NCBI GenBank assembly: GCA_965198225.1
Contig: CBDAOY010000008.1
Span: 576,001-640,000, forward strand
Direction: 5' to 3'
Length of the DNA: 64,000 nucleotides
Source: Terriglobia bacterium
Lineage (GTDB): Bacteria; Acidobacteriota; Terriglobia; 20CM-2-55-15
Part shown: one piece after another, positions 17,433 to 28,094 of the stretch
Numbering within the stretch: position 1 is the first letter of the stretch
Layout: each line of letters opens with the position of its first letter
Translations under genes and position numbers: made by a program
Notes under the pieces: model-generated
Seen by the model: the letters and a program-made list of their open reading frames with translations, nothing else
Database searches by the model: none
What the model was told of the DNA's origin: nothing

Positions 17433-18822
17433 GTGGCAATCAAGACTGTCTATGCCGAGCGGAGGGTGGCTCTGTCGGAAGCGGCGGCCTCCGTTCAGAT
17501 GCCCTGGATACTGCTCATCATGGCGGGGTTCCTGCTTCTCGCCGGTTGCCAAACCGGGAGTGAGGCGGAGTTCACGAGGGATGGTTTCCCCGACCCCTGC
17601 GCCGTTGTGCTCGTCCCACACAAAGGAAGCGAGGCGCTCGACCTCGACATCGCGGAACTTCAGGATGAGATCGGGGAGGCTCGCCGACCTGAAAGCAGGC
17701 TCGAACGGCTTGGTTGGCTGTTTGTTGCGAAGGCCCGAGCAAGCAACGATTCGGGCTATTACAGCCTGGCCGAACAGAGCGCGTGGTGTCTGGAATCCAA
17801 ACAACCCGACGTCCCCGCAGCGCTGTTGCTCCGCGGGCATATCTTGCATCAGCTGCATCGTTTCGGTGAGGCGGAGGCCCTGGCCCGTCGGCTGGTCGAG
17901 GTGCGTCGGGCGCCATTCGACTACGGTCTGTTGGGCGATGTCCTGCTTGAGCAGGGTAATCTGACCGAAGCCGCCGAGGCGTACCAGAACATGGTGGATC
18001 TCAAACCCGGGCTTCAAGTCATACAGCCGGGCGGCTCACGTTCGTTGGCTGAAGGGAGATCTTAGCGGCGCCATCGATCTCATGCGGATGGCCGCAAGGT
18101 CGAGCAGCCCACGCGATCCCGAAGCCGCGGCGTGGGTGCGTTCCCGTCTGGCTCTCTACGAGTTGCAGGACGGCTCGGTCGAGAATGCACTTCACGAGTC
18201 GGAGTCGGCGCTCCGATCCCAGGACGATCATGCGGGGGCACTTCTCTCGCGTGGCCGGATTCTGCTGGGCAGCGGGAACGGGGCGGCTGCGGTCGAAGCG
18301 CTCTTTGAAGTGGTCGACTCCGCTCCGATGCCCGAGGGCCAGTGGGTTCTCGCTGAAGCCCTGCGTGAGGTTGGTCGCGAAGCCGAAGCGCTCGATCTCG
18401 AAGCCGAACTAGTCGAGAGAGGGGCGGCACTGGACCCGCGGACGGTATCACTCTATCTCGCCACCCGGAACGAGCGAACCGACGTTGCGCTGGAGCTGGC
18501 GGAACGGGAACTCCAATCCCGCCGCGACGTCTTCACGCTGGACACCCACGCCTGGGCCCTGAAGGCTGCCGGGAGGATCCAGGAAGCGAACGTCACCATG
18601 GGCGCGGCGCTGGCGGAAGGCACCGCGGATGCCCGGCTGTTCTACCACGCCGGCGTAATTGCGGGGATGGTCGGAGAGAAGGAAGAGGGCTGCCGCTGGC
18701 TCGGCCAGGCATCTCTCATCAAACAAATGTTACTGCCTTCGGAAAGAAAGGACGTAGCCGAGCGATTCGCGGAATGTTCCGAAGGCCAAACTGCCAATCT
18801 ATGGAGGAAACGAGACTCATGA
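17433..18822 (+). CDS. TPR lipoprotein (DUF4331-associated), +1 frameshift near 18017
   Basis: Lipobox LAGC and TPR helices. Removing one base from CAAG joins the two ORFs as GLQSYSRAAHVRWLKGD. Confidence 0.8.
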
Positions 18823-20270
18823 GAACAAGAGGATTCCGACTGGTCATTCCGCTGGCGCTGATGATGCTGGCGGCGACGCCGGTGCTGGCGTCCAGCCATA
18901 TGGATGCGCCTTTGATTACACTCGACGATGCGGCAAACACCACCGACGTGTACGCTTTCGTTTCTGACACCGGTGGGGTCAAGTATCTGACGACCGCTCT
19001 GGCGGTGTTTCCGTTCGAGGAACCGGGCATAGGACCCAACGCATATCGGTTCGATGAGGAGGTTCGCTACGAGATCCAGGTTGCCACGGGTGCCGACGTG
19101 GCCGCGGGGAAGACCACCTTCAGCTATTGGTTCCGATTCGCGAGCCAGCGCAAGAACACGAACACGATCCTGCAGTCGTACCTGGGCGTGATCGACAATG
19201 TTGACGATGCGTCCCAGAACTTCACTCAAACCTACACCGTCACCAGGGTCGATCAGTTCGGGGTTCAGAGCAGCCTCGGTACGGGGACTGTGCCGCCGAA
19301 CAACCAGGGAAAGGTGACCCCGCAGTACAACCAGCTCCTGGACGGAGATATGAAGGCCAGAGAGGGCGTGGCGAGTGAAGGATCCCTCGATCTTTACACC
19401 CAACAGGCCATCGCGAATCTCAGCAACGGCTATCGTGCCTTCGCCGGACAGCGCGACGACGGGTTCTACGCCGACATCCAGTCCATCTTCGACCTGGATT
19501 TCACGTTTGGGGGACCGAACAAACCTTTCGACAGCCAGGGCGGGTTCAACGTCCACACGATCGTCCTCCAGATCCCGGTCAGCGAGCTGGGAGGGGACGC
19601 TCAGGTCGTCGGAGTTTACGGGAGCACAAGCCGGCGTCGGATCACGGTATTGAGCCCGCAAATCCCACCGGCATTCCTCGGTGACAAACTGGACATCCAT
19701 GCTGGTGATTGGGTTCAGGTGGCCCGGCAGGGGAACCCCCTGTTCAACGAGGCGCTTGTCGCCAACGAGGACAAGGATCGGTACAACCGAAGCAGCCCGA
19801 CGATCGATTCGGCGATGTTCGCGAAATACGCCAGCTCGCCGGAACTGGCGGTGGTGTTGGGAGCTGCGGCGAACCTCCAGACCGACCGGACCGATCATGT
19901 CGGGATCTTCATTCCCGACATGATCCGTGTGGACCTGTCGACGGCCGCAGCCCGTCTCGCGGGGAACCCTCATGACGACGGTTTCCATCGGCTGGGTATC
20001 TTCGGCGGCGACACGCTCCTCAGTACCGTCCAGGAAGGTTTCGGCGCCGGTGCGGTTCCGGGCGGCTGGCCCAACGGCCGGCGATTCGGGGACGACGTCC
20101 TCGACATCGCGATCATCGCGGTGCTCAGCGACCTGCGAACGAGCCCTATCGTGATCTTTGGCGATGCATCGGTCGACATCGATCGCGTGACGGCCAACGA
20201 CATTACCTACAACAAGGTCATGCCGTATGCGGCGACGCCCTTGAACGGACGAAACCACGGACACCACTAA
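18819..20270 (+). CDS. DUF4331-family secreted protein
   Basis: Signal peptide then SSHMDAP, TDVYAF, FAGQRDDGF, RQGNPL, PNGRRFGDDV. ATGA overlap with the TPR gene. Confidence 0.88.
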   Translation: MRTRGFRLVIPLALMMLAATPVLASSHMDAPLITLDDAANTTDVYAFVSDTGGVKYLTTALAVFPFEEPGIGPNAYRFDEEVRYEIQVATGADVAAGKTTFSYWFRFASQRKNTNTILQSYLGVIDNVDDASQNFTQTYTVTRVDQFGVQSSLGTGTVPPNNQGKVTPQYNQLLDGDMKAREGVASEGSLDLYTQQAIANLSNGYRAFAGQRDDGFYADIQSIFDLDFTFGGPNKPFDSQGGFNVHTIVLQIPVSELGGDAQVVGVYGSTSRRRITVLSPQIPPAFLGDKLDIHAGDWVQVARQGNPLFNEALVANEDKDRYNRSSPTIDSAMFAKYASSPELAVVLGAAANLQTDRTDHVGIFIPDMIRVDLSTAAARLAGNPHDDGFHRLGIFGGDTLLSTVQEGFGAGAVPGGWPNGRRFGDDVLDIAIIAVLSDLRTSPIVIFGDASVDIDRVTANDITYNKVMPYAATPLNGRNHGHH

Positions 20271-20360
20271 ATGCGATGAGTGACATGTGGTGTGGGGCGC
20301 CTTCCGGCATCGTGGCCGACTCTGTTTTCGGCCACGATGCCGGTCTTCGGTCTTGAGATC

Positions 20361-21037
20361 GGGGACGGAGACCGAATTGACGTCGTGCGTGAGATTAGGG
20401 ACGGAGACCGATTTCAGTTCCTCGGTACCATCAGCTCCGGAATCCTTCGAGAGGACCCTCCGTCGGGCTCATTCGACCTATGCCCGCCTATTTAACAAGA
20501 AGCACGGCTTTTCCGGCTATCTCTGGCAGGATCGGTTTTTTTCCTGTCCTCTCGATGAAGCGCACACGTGGGCGGCCCTACGCTACGTCGAGCAGAATCC
20601 GGTGCGAGCTGGAATGATCGACAAAGCCGAGGACTATCCATGGTCGAGCGCTGCCGCTCGTTGTCGCGGAGAACGCAATCCTTTATTGAGTTCGATTTTG
20701 GCAGAAACTCGTGCACCGTCTGAGTGGCTAAGTTGGCTTGCGATCGCTAGCGATACTTCCTTTGAGGAGCAGATCCGCGCCAGTACGGCGTCGGGCATCC
20801 CTTGCGGGGGTGAGGACTTCGTCCGCGGCATCGAGGATCAGGTGGGGCGGGTTCTCCGTCTGCAAAAGCCCGGTCCAAAACCCGAAATATAACTCCTGTA
20901 GTGCATTTGATTCTGTAGCCTGCAGCAGGATGGCGGTGCGTCCGCGGGAGATCGGTCTCCGTCCTCGAACTACCTTGGCGGGCGAGATCGGTCTCCGTCC
21001 CCGAACTGCCTTGGCGGGCGAGATCGGTCTCCGTCCC
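20361..21037 (+). mobile_element. Defective RAYT (IS200-like Y1 transposase) element bounded by inverted GGGACGGAGACCGA repeat arrays
   Basis: Two left copies (20362, 20398) and three inverted right copies (20948, 20984, 21020), all at 36-bp period. Confidence 0.7.
20424..20892 (+). pseudogene. C-terminal half of a REP-associated tyrosine transposase
   Basis: YARLFNKKH, GYLWQDRFFS, RYVEQNPVRAGM, YPWSS, KPGPK. The N-terminal HUH motif is absent. Confidence 0.85.
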
Positions 21038-21933
21038 GGTGGAGGCGTGCACGCATCCGTCGCCGGGTCGTTGGGATCGGGCGCGTCGCCCTCCATCGCG
21101 CCGAGCATGATCGCTGCGTCCGCTACGGTCCGCGCCATCGGCCCGGCCGTGTCGTGATCGAGGGTCACTGGCGCGATGCCCCAGCGGCTGATCCGACCCA
21201 GTGTGGGCCGTATGCCGACCAGCATGTTCCGGTTGGATGGACTGATGACCGAGCCGCCCGTGTCGGTGCCGACATTTGCCGTCCAGAAACTTGCGGCCGT
21301 GCCCACGCCCGAGCTGGAACCACCCGTACCGAGAACCGATCGGCCGTCAAAGAACCCTCCGCGGGGATCGCGTCGTGGGTCGTAGGGATTGAAGGCGAAT
21401 CCGGTCAGGGAGTTGTAGTTGCCCGGCATCGGTGTGGGCGCGCCCCCCATCCAGTTCGCAAACTCCGTCAGTCCGGCTTTGGCAATGATGATCGCCCCTG
21501 CCGCGCGAAGATTCGCGGTAAGCGTGGCCTCGTAGGGAGGTACGTATCCTGCGAAAGCGAGAGCGCCCCCGGTCGTTGGCAGGTGCGTCGTCTGAATGTT
21601 GTCCTTCAGGGCAACGGGGATACCGTGCAGAGGTCCACGCACGCGGCCTTCGGCGCGCTCGCGGTCGAGCTCTTCGGCTTCCTTCAGCGCATTAGGATTG
21701 ATCGAGACCGCGGCGTTCAGACGATCTTCGTACAGTGCGATCCGCGTAAGGTATTGGGCGACCAGTTCCCGCGAGGTAGCAGCTCCGCCCTCCATCGCGG
21801 CCTGGAGCTCGGGAATGCCGGCCTCGACCACGGAGATGGTCGGGAGTTGGGGCTCTTCGGCCACGCACGAGCCAAGCAGCGTGCCGAGCAGGACGACCAA
21901 AACGAATCTGGAATATCTCAGCAGGAAACGCAC
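21037..21933 (-). pseudogene. Amidase-signature lipoprotein, 3'-truncated
   Basis: GPLHGIPVALKDN, GGSSSG, GTDTGGS. Homology stops after about 300 aa at the repeat array. Confidence 0.82.
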
Positions 21934-23648
21934 TTGTAGCTGTTCTTGCCCCCCAACATTTCCAGCAGAGCGACGGTCTCGGGATAAGGCTGAACCCGCT
22001 GTCTGTAGCCGTTCGCCATGTCGACGATCGTCGTGCCGTTCTTGGAAACCGCATCGAGACGGGCGCCCTTGGACACGAGGTAGAGGATCATCTCGTTGTC
22101 CCCGCGTGCGGCGGCATTGTGGAGTGCGGTGAAGCCGCCCGAGGACCTCCGGCGTCGGTCGGGATCCGCATCCGGATCCGGCGGCGGCTCGTGGTCGGCC
22201 TCGTCCACATCGGCACCCAGCTCTTCGATCAGGTACTTGACGGCCGGCAGCCGGCCTAGCGGCGTGGTCACCTCGTCGTTCCCGTGGTAACCGGCTCCCG
22301 CGGCGGTCAGTAGAGGAGTGATTCCTGAGATGCTCGCGAGCGACGGATCGGCCCCGTGTTCCACCAGTAACCGCATCCCGTCCACGTCGCCCACCGCAGC
22401 GGCCTTCCAGAACGCAGTAATTGCCGACGCGTTGGTCCTCTCCTTCTGGGCACCGCCGGGGGCGATGTACCACAGATCCTTCTTCAGCCGGGCGTTCGGG
22501 TTAGCGCCTTTGTCCAGGATGAGTTTCATCAGGTCGAGGTAGTGCGTCTTCTCGAACTTCGTCGTTGGCTGCGGATGGAAGGTCAGTCGCGCCCACTGGA
22601 TGTTCACGACCGCGAACAGAGCCGTTGCGCCGTCCATGCTGGCAAGGTTCACGTCGGCTCCGTTCTCGACGAGGTACTTCGCGATATCGAATTGGCCGTT
22701 GATGGCCGCCAGGAGCAGCGCTGTGCTCTGGTCGGCACTGAGGGCGTCCAGGTCTGCCCCACCCTCGACCAGGACGCGGACGGCGTCGACCTTGCCGTCC
22801 CGGGCCGCGTACATCAGGGGCGTCAGCTCGCCTTTCGGGTTTCCTCCTTTGGTCGTGACGAATTCGGGCTCCTTCTTTTCCTTGTCGTTCTCGGGCTCAT
22901 CGACAGCCGGCTCGACGTTTGTCGCCGCCAGCGGCGATTGGTTGGTCGTTGCCAACGGGGGCTGGGCCTGGCTCTGGCCGGATTGGCCGCCACGGGCTCC
23001 CCGACCGCCCCCCCGCGCCTGTTGCTGCTGGTTTTGCGGGCGCCGGCGTGGCAGCGGCTTGAGGAACTTGCTTTTCTGATTGATGTCGGCACCGTGTTCG
23101 AGCAATACGGGAATCGCGTCCGGGCGGTCGAAGGCCGCCGCGAAGATCAACGGGGTCTGGCCGCGCCCCGTCTCGGCCGCGTTCACGTCCGCCCCGGCTT
23201 CGACGAGCAGCGTGACCGATTCGGCGTCACCCGAGCTTGCCGCCATCATGAGGGAAGTAACCCCACCGCTCGCGGCCTGCTTCGGATCCGCCCCCGCCTT
23301 CAGCAGGACGTCGACGACACGAGCGTGCCCGCTCCTGCTGGCCAGAAACAAGGGAGTGTAACCGCCGAGTCGGGTCGTGGCCCCCGTGTTGGCACCGGCA
23401 TAGAGCAGAAGCTGGGCCAGTTCGGCATCATCGTTCAACGCCGCCCAATGCAGCGCCGTCATGCCGTCGCCCTGGGCGGAGTTGACGTCGACGGCTTCTC
23501 TCAGCAGGGAACGCACCATCTCCGAGTCGCCCGTCATCGCGGCGTCCGCTACGCGCGTGTCCGCCTGGGCCCCGACGACGATGAGCGTCGTGGCAAACAG
23601 AGGGAGCAATGCCGCCGAAGCCGTTCCGATGAAGTTCTTGCGCAACAT
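21918..23648 (-). CDS. Exported ankyrin-repeat protein ending in CVSC
   Basis: Signal peptide, repeated G-T-P/A-L-H/M-x-AA motifs, low-complexity Q/G insert. Confidence 0.9.
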   Translation of the reverse strand: MLRKNFIGTASAALLPLFATTLIVVGAQADTRVADAAMTGDSEMVRSLLREAVDVNSAQGDGMTALHWAALNDDAELAQLLLYAGANTGATTRLGGYTPLFLASRSGHARVVDVLLKAGADPKQAASGGVTSLMMAASSGDAESVTLLVEAGADVNAAETGRGQTPLIFAAAFDRPDAIPVLLEHGADINQKSKFLKPLPRRRPQNQQQQARGGGRGARGGQSGQSQAQPPLATTNQSPLAATNVEPAVDEPENDKEKKEPEFVTTKGGNPKGELTPLMYAARDGKVDAVRVLVEGGADLDALSADQSTALLLAAINGQFDIAKYLVENGADVNLASMDGATALFAVVNIQWARLTFHPQPTTKFEKTHYLDLMKLILDKGANPNARLKKDLWYIAPGGAQKERTNASAITAFWKAAAVGDVDGMRLLVEHGADPSLASISGITPLLTAAGAGYHGNDEVTTPLGRLPAVKYLIEELGADVDEADHEPPPDPDADPDRRRRSSGGFTALHNAAARGDNEMILYLVSKGARLDAVSKNGTTIVDMANGYRQRVQPYPETVALLEMLGGKNSYKCVSC

Positions 23649-23663
23649 AGATCGTTCCTCCAG

Positions 23664-25046
23664 CTAGAGGTCCAGTTCTCCGGTGCTGTCGGCAAAGCTG
23701 GCCAAATCGTCGAATCCGAGCCTGTGCAGCAGGGTGAGGTACATGTTTGCCGATGGTGTTGCGTCGGGCGGGACGACGTTGAGGCCGCCTTTCAACCGGC
23801 CTCCCGCATGTCCCACCAGTATCAACGGCACCCTCTTGTGGTTGTGCAGGTTCCCATTCCCCATCGGGGACCCATAGAGGATCAGCGCGTTGTCGAGGAG
23901 CGTGCCTTCTCCGTCGGGCGTGTTCTGGAGCTTGTCGGCGAAGTAGGCGAGCACGCTGATGTGGTAGGTGTTGATCTTGCCGAACGTCGTGATGCGCTGC
24001 GGGTTCTCGCCGTGGTGAGAAGCACCGTGGAACGAACCGTCAAACCCGCTTTCCGGGAAGGTCCGCCCGGTGGCGTCGCGGCTCAGTTTGAAGGCAGTCA
24101 CACGTGTGGTATCGCTGGCGAATGCCAGAACCTGCAGGTCGAACATCAGCTTAACGTGTTCATCGAAGGAGTCAGGTACGCCGATCGGGGCGGTGGGCAG
24201 CTCCCGGGTTTCGCCGCTGGCGTTCTTGTCTTCGATCCGAGCGATCCGGCGCTCGATCTCTCGGACGCTTTCGAGATGCTGGTCCAACCGGCTGCGATCG
24301 ACCGGGCTCAGTTGCGTCTTCAGTTCCGCCACCCGATGCGTGACCCAGTCGAGAATGCTGCGGTCGGTCTTCCGGCGGGTCGCACGCGCCTCGGGAGAAC
24401 CTCCCACGCCGAACATCTGGTCGAAGACCATGCGCGGGTCGCGCAGCATCGGGAGCGGCTTCGTTGGCGTCGCCCAACTGATCGAATCGGTATACACGCA
24501 GGAGTAGCCGTACTCGCAACCACCCGCCTGGTCGACGCTCTCGATCGCCATCTGAACGGACGGTATGGGAGTCTCCTGGCCGAACCGCTGGGCGTAGAGC
24601 TGATCGAACGACACACCGGCCCGCACGTCCGAGCTCTGCGTTTGCCGTGGATGAGCCTGCGTGAGGAACACGGAGCTCGACCGGAAATGGTCGCCGCCGA
24701 TTTCCTTGACCTCCCACGCCTCGGCGCCGCGCATGTCCGTATTGCTGACGATCGTGAGGTAATCCCTCCAGGGCTCGAGCGGGAGCAGGCTGCTCGGGGT
24801 GAGATCGAAGTCGCGGCCGGCTTTGGCCGGAGACCAGAGGTTCTGCGACGCTCCCCATCGGGTGGCGCCGGCGGAGCCATGAACCATTTCCATGCACGCC
24901 AGCCGAACGGGCGCGCCGCCCGCCGCCGTGTCCTGCTTCGGCGCCGCCATCGCGGGAGTCATCGATTCCAGGTACGGCAGGGCGAGAGCGGCGCCTATGC
25001 CCCGGAGCATCGTGCGGCGAGAAATGTGTCTCTTGGTGATGAACAT
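23664..25046 (-). CDS. DUF1552 (HXXSHH) protein, Tat signal
   Basis: SRRTMLRG Tat motif, HGASHH, NGNLHNH. Confidence 0.9.
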   Translation of the reverse strand: MFITKRHISRRTMLRGIGAALALPYLESMTPAMAAPKQDTAAGGAPVRLACMEMVHGSAGATRWGASQNLWSPAKAGRDFDLTPSSLLPLEPWRDYLTIVSNTDMRGAEAWEVKEIGGDHFRSSSVFLTQAHPRQTQSSDVRAGVSFDQLYAQRFGQETPIPSVQMAIESVDQAGGCEYGYSCVYTDSISWATPTKPLPMLRDPRMVFDQMFGVGGSPEARATRRKTDRSILDWVTHRVAELKTQLSPVDRSRLDQHLESVREIERRIARIEDKNASGETRELPTAPIGVPDSFDEHVKLMFDLQVLAFASDTTRVTAFKLSRDATGRTFPESGFDGSFHGASHHGENPQRITTFGKINTYHISVLAYFADKLQNTPDGEGTLLDNALILYGSPMGNGNLHNHKRVPLILVGHAGGRLKGGLNVVPPDATPSANMYLTLLHRLGFDDLASFADSTGELDL

Positions 25047-25105
25047 CCTTCTTCCCCTTCGTGAATATCGATACGACGATTCCTTACGAAAGTAACTCGA
25101 ATTGC

Positions 25106-25284
25106 TAGCCCGGATTATTCGTGGTTGTCGTCGCGAAGCGGTGGAGACGCCGCAGAGACAAGGCGCGCGACCGAGGCCCCCGGAGGCGTATATGACAATA
25201 CGTCGAGGAGGCCGACCGAGCGCAACGCCGTATCTGCGAGTGTATCCGCCGCTGCAGTAGACAATCCATGAATAATCCGGGCTA
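25106..25284. mobile_element. 179-bp MITE-like palindromic element
   Basis: Ends TAGCCCGGATTATTC...GAATAATCCGGGCTA with extended internal self-complementarity and TA at both ends. Confidence 0.8.
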
Positions 25285-27762
25285 TTGCTTCTCGTTTGCC
25301 TCGGAGATGGGCTCCTGCGCCCGGCTCATCCGGAATGCCGGACTCTTCGCGATGCCCAGTATCAGCGAAGAAAAGCGGTTGTCGTTCGCCTTCGCCTCAC
25401 GGGCGATTGCCCGAATCGTCGGCATATCGAAGTACTCCACTCTGCGTCCGATCGCGAAGGCCAGCAGGTTCTCGGTCAGGGTGTTGATAAACGCGTCGGA
25501 ATACTTGAGGACGGCCTGACGCAGGCTGGCTGGTCCATCCAGAGGCGTTCCGTCATAGAGCTCGGTTGTCGGATCGATCGGGATGCCGCCGGTATGGATA
25601 CGCACCCCGCCGTCGCTGATCGTGTAGGTCTTATCCAGGACTCGCCACTCGCCCGTCACGTCGAAGTTCTCGAGCGCCAGACCCAGCGGATCGATCATCC
25701 GGTGACACGAGTTGCACGCCGGGTTTGCCCGATGCATCTCCATGCGGTCGCGAACCGGCAGAACCTTGCCCGAGGTGACCGCTTGGGTGTCGTCCAGACT
25801 GGGCACCGCCGGTGGCGGCGCAGGCGGCGGGGTGCCGAGTAGTACGCCCATGATCCACTTACCGCGGAGCACCGGCGAGGTTCTCTCGGCGTTGGATGTC
25901 AGCGCCAGTATTGCGGCTTTCCCGAGCAGGCCGCGCCGGTAGTCCTCCGCCAGCGTGACCTTGCGGAATCGCTGTCCGCGAACGTTCGGAACTCCATAGT
26001 GCATCGCCACACGCTCGTTGACGAACGTGTCTTCGGCTGTAATCAGGTCCAGGACGCTACGGTCTTCACGCACGATACTGTCGAAGAACAGCTCCGCTTC
26101 ACGCGTGAGCGCCAGGGCCAGCGTGTGGTCGAACTGCGGGTAGTAGTAGGGTTCGGGGTGGAAGTTCTCGAGATCGGGAAGATGGAGCCACAGGTTCGCG
26201 AACTTTGTCGACAGCCACAGGGAACTGGGATCGGCCAGCATGCGCCGCAGCTGGTCCTCGAGGACATTCTGATCTCCGAGTCGTCCCTGATCTGCAAGAT
26301 CGATCAACTCGTCGTCGGGAGGCTTTCCCCAGAGGAAGTACGAGAGTCGCGACGCCAGAGCCAGGTCGCCGATGTAGTAGTCCTGACCCGTTTCTGTCCC
26401 TTCGGGGAAACGTTCGAACTTGAACACGAAATCCGGACTCGTGAGCATCGCCTGTAGCGCCTCTCGGATGCCTGATTCGAAATCGCCGCCCGTTTCCCGG
26501 CCCTGGTCGTAGAAGAGCATGAGCCCTTCCATGTCTTCGTCGGTCACCGGCCGTCGGTAAGCCTTTCGCGCCAGTCGGCGGACGATCCGGGTGGCGCACG
26601 GGACCTCTTCGTCCGGGCCCAGGGGGCGGCACGTGAACACCCTTCGGCGCGGGGCCGAGTCCGACACACCCGACACACTGCGGGGGCCGCTGATCTCAAA
26701 CTCCCGGACATGAGCGTAAACGGTCAGCTCCCGGCCGTCGCCGGAATCGGTATCGATCAACGTATGCTGAATCTCCGCCATGTCATCCGGAACGATGAGG
26801 GTCTGCTTCTTGAGAAAAGCGGCCGAGACGCGGTGCGGACCCGTCTTCACGAAGATCGGACCCGTCGCGACGTTCAGGCCGCTGATCGAAGACGATTCCG
26901 ACAGTTCCGGATCGATAGGCAAGAGCGCGACACGCACTCCGTCGATCGACACCTCGATCTCTTCGTCGGGCGTGTTTCCGAACAGCTGACCGGTGGGAGT
27001 GCCATGCAGCATCGCACGGAAGTCGTACTCGCCATCCGCCGGGAAGTTGTATACGAGAGAGGTTCCGCCCCGCGTTCCGAACGGCGCGCCCGGCACCCTC
27101 ATCAACTGCGAACCCGTGCGGTTGACTTGGAAAACGGTGGACGAGGCTTCCGCCATCGGATCGCCCAGCGCCTCACGCATGATCTGGCCAGCGGCTCGCA
27201 TGTAGCCTTCCATCAGGGCGGCGGAGAACGTCTGCGAGTCGGCAATGTTGTCCAATCCCTCGCTCAGCGAATCGGCCGGTAGAAACTTGGCGACGTCGAC
27301 ATCGACTCCCAACAGGTCCCGTACCGAGTTGGCATATTCGTCGCTCGTGAGCCGCTGGAAAGGCCGGCTCCCCGGATTCGGACGGAGGGCCGCAGCCTGG
27401 TCGATCTGTAGTGCCAACGAAGCGGCCAAGGCTTCGGCGTCGCGGCCACTGGGCCGGACCTCGCCTGCCGGTGGCATCAGACCCGTCTTCAATTTGCGGA
27501 TCACTCTCTCGGCGAGCTCGGCGTTCTGCTCCGGATGTTCCAGGTCCAGACTTGTCAGCGTCATCTCTCCAAACCGGTCGCTCTCGTTGTGGCACCCGGA
27601 ACAATAGTCTGCGATGAAGGCGCGCTGCGCGGCGAGCGGCAGGATGGCGGCTTGGCTGGATCGACCCGACTGAGGTTGTGGACCTCCAGCCAGATCGCTG
27701 GCGCCCGTTGTGAGCAGACACACAACCGCGCTGCCCAGCATGACAAACGTGAATCGGGTCAT
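25282..27762 (-). CDS. DUF1592/1588/1585/1587/1595 (PSD/PSCyt) c-type cytochrome protein
   Basis: Heme motifs CSGCH and CNSCH, RLTSDEYANSVRDL, LASRLSYFLW, TSPVLRGKW. Confidence 0.92.
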   Translation of the reverse strand: MTRFTFVMLGSAVVCLLTTGASDLAGGPQPQSGRSSQAAILPLAAQRAFIADYCSGCHNESDRFGEMTLTSLDLEHPEQNAELAERVIRKLKTGLMPPAGEVRPSGRDAEALAASLALQIDQAAALRPNPGSRPFQRLTSDEYANSVRDLLGVDVDVAKFLPADSLSEGLDNIADSQTFSAALMEGYMRAAGQIMREALGDPMAEASSTVFQVNRTGSQLMRVPGAPFGTRGGTSLVYNFPADGEYDFRAMLHGTPTGQLFGNTPDEEIEVSIDGVRVALLPIDPELSESSSISGLNVATGPIFVKTGPHRVSAAFLKKQTLIVPDDMAEIQHTLIDTDSGDGRELTVYAHVREFEISGPRSVSGVSDSAPRRRVFTCRPLGPDEEVPCATRIVRRLARKAYRRPVTDEDMEGLMLFYDQGRETGGDFESGIREALQAMLTSPDFVFKFERFPEGTETGQDYYIGDLALASRLSYFLWGKPPDDELIDLADQGRLGDQNVLEDQLRRMLADPSSLWLSTKFANLWLHLPDLENFHPEPYYYPQFDHTLALALTREAELFFDSIVREDRSVLDLITAEDTFVNERVAMHYGVPNVRGQRFRKVTLAEDYRRGLLGKAAILALTSNAERTSPVLRGKWIMGVLLGTPPPAPPPAVPSLDDTQAVTSGKVLPVRDRMEMHRANPACNSCHRMIDPLGLALENFDVTGEWRVLDKTYTISDGGVRIHTGGIPIDPTTELYDGTPLDGPASLRQAVLKYSDAFINTLTENLLAFAIGRRVEYFDMPTIRAIAREAKANDNRFSSLILGIAKSPAFRMSRAQEPISEANEKQ

Positions 27763-28094
27763 GAGGCCCTGTTCTCCTCGCTCAACTTCCGGTCGAATAC
27801 AATCTGAATGCACACTCCGACGGATCGAATTGCTACCTTATTACCACTTGACAAGTGCAATAGCAAGAAAGGTTTGAGTCCCTCGTCACACACTGGCGGC
27901 CGGCCTGATGCCAGCTATCGCGCCAGCCGGCTCGATGATCCGAAACGGGTCCCCCTACAGAGAGAAAACTCCGTTGCTCCCAGCTCGGTGCGTCCCGATC
28001 CCTCGCTTGGTTTCTGCGATGCGTCCCCCCAGTTTGTGGCGGGACGTCCCCTTATTTAGTTGACCCGTTTGTGGAACAGGCCTATTTAATAACG

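Noticed and set aside
20424-20892. This RAYT as the cognate transposase of the GTAG REP doublets
   Set aside because: It is truncated and flanked by a different repeat family, with no GTAG REP adjacent.
20948-21036. 36-bp periodic repeat as a CRISPR array
   Set aside because: Intervening sequences are nearly identical rather than unique spacers, there are only three copies, and no cas genes are present.
22542-25064. 840-aa plus-strand ORF and many similar long ORFs (e.g. 34880-36886, 48170-49705, 18642-20267)
   Set aside because: These are antisense shadows of well-supported genes in high-GC DNA, with no recognisable motifs.
27843-27858. CACTTG-A-CAAGTG palindrome with TTGACA as an operator or promoter
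   Set aside because: No properly spaced -10 box and only a single short palindrome, so support is insufficient.
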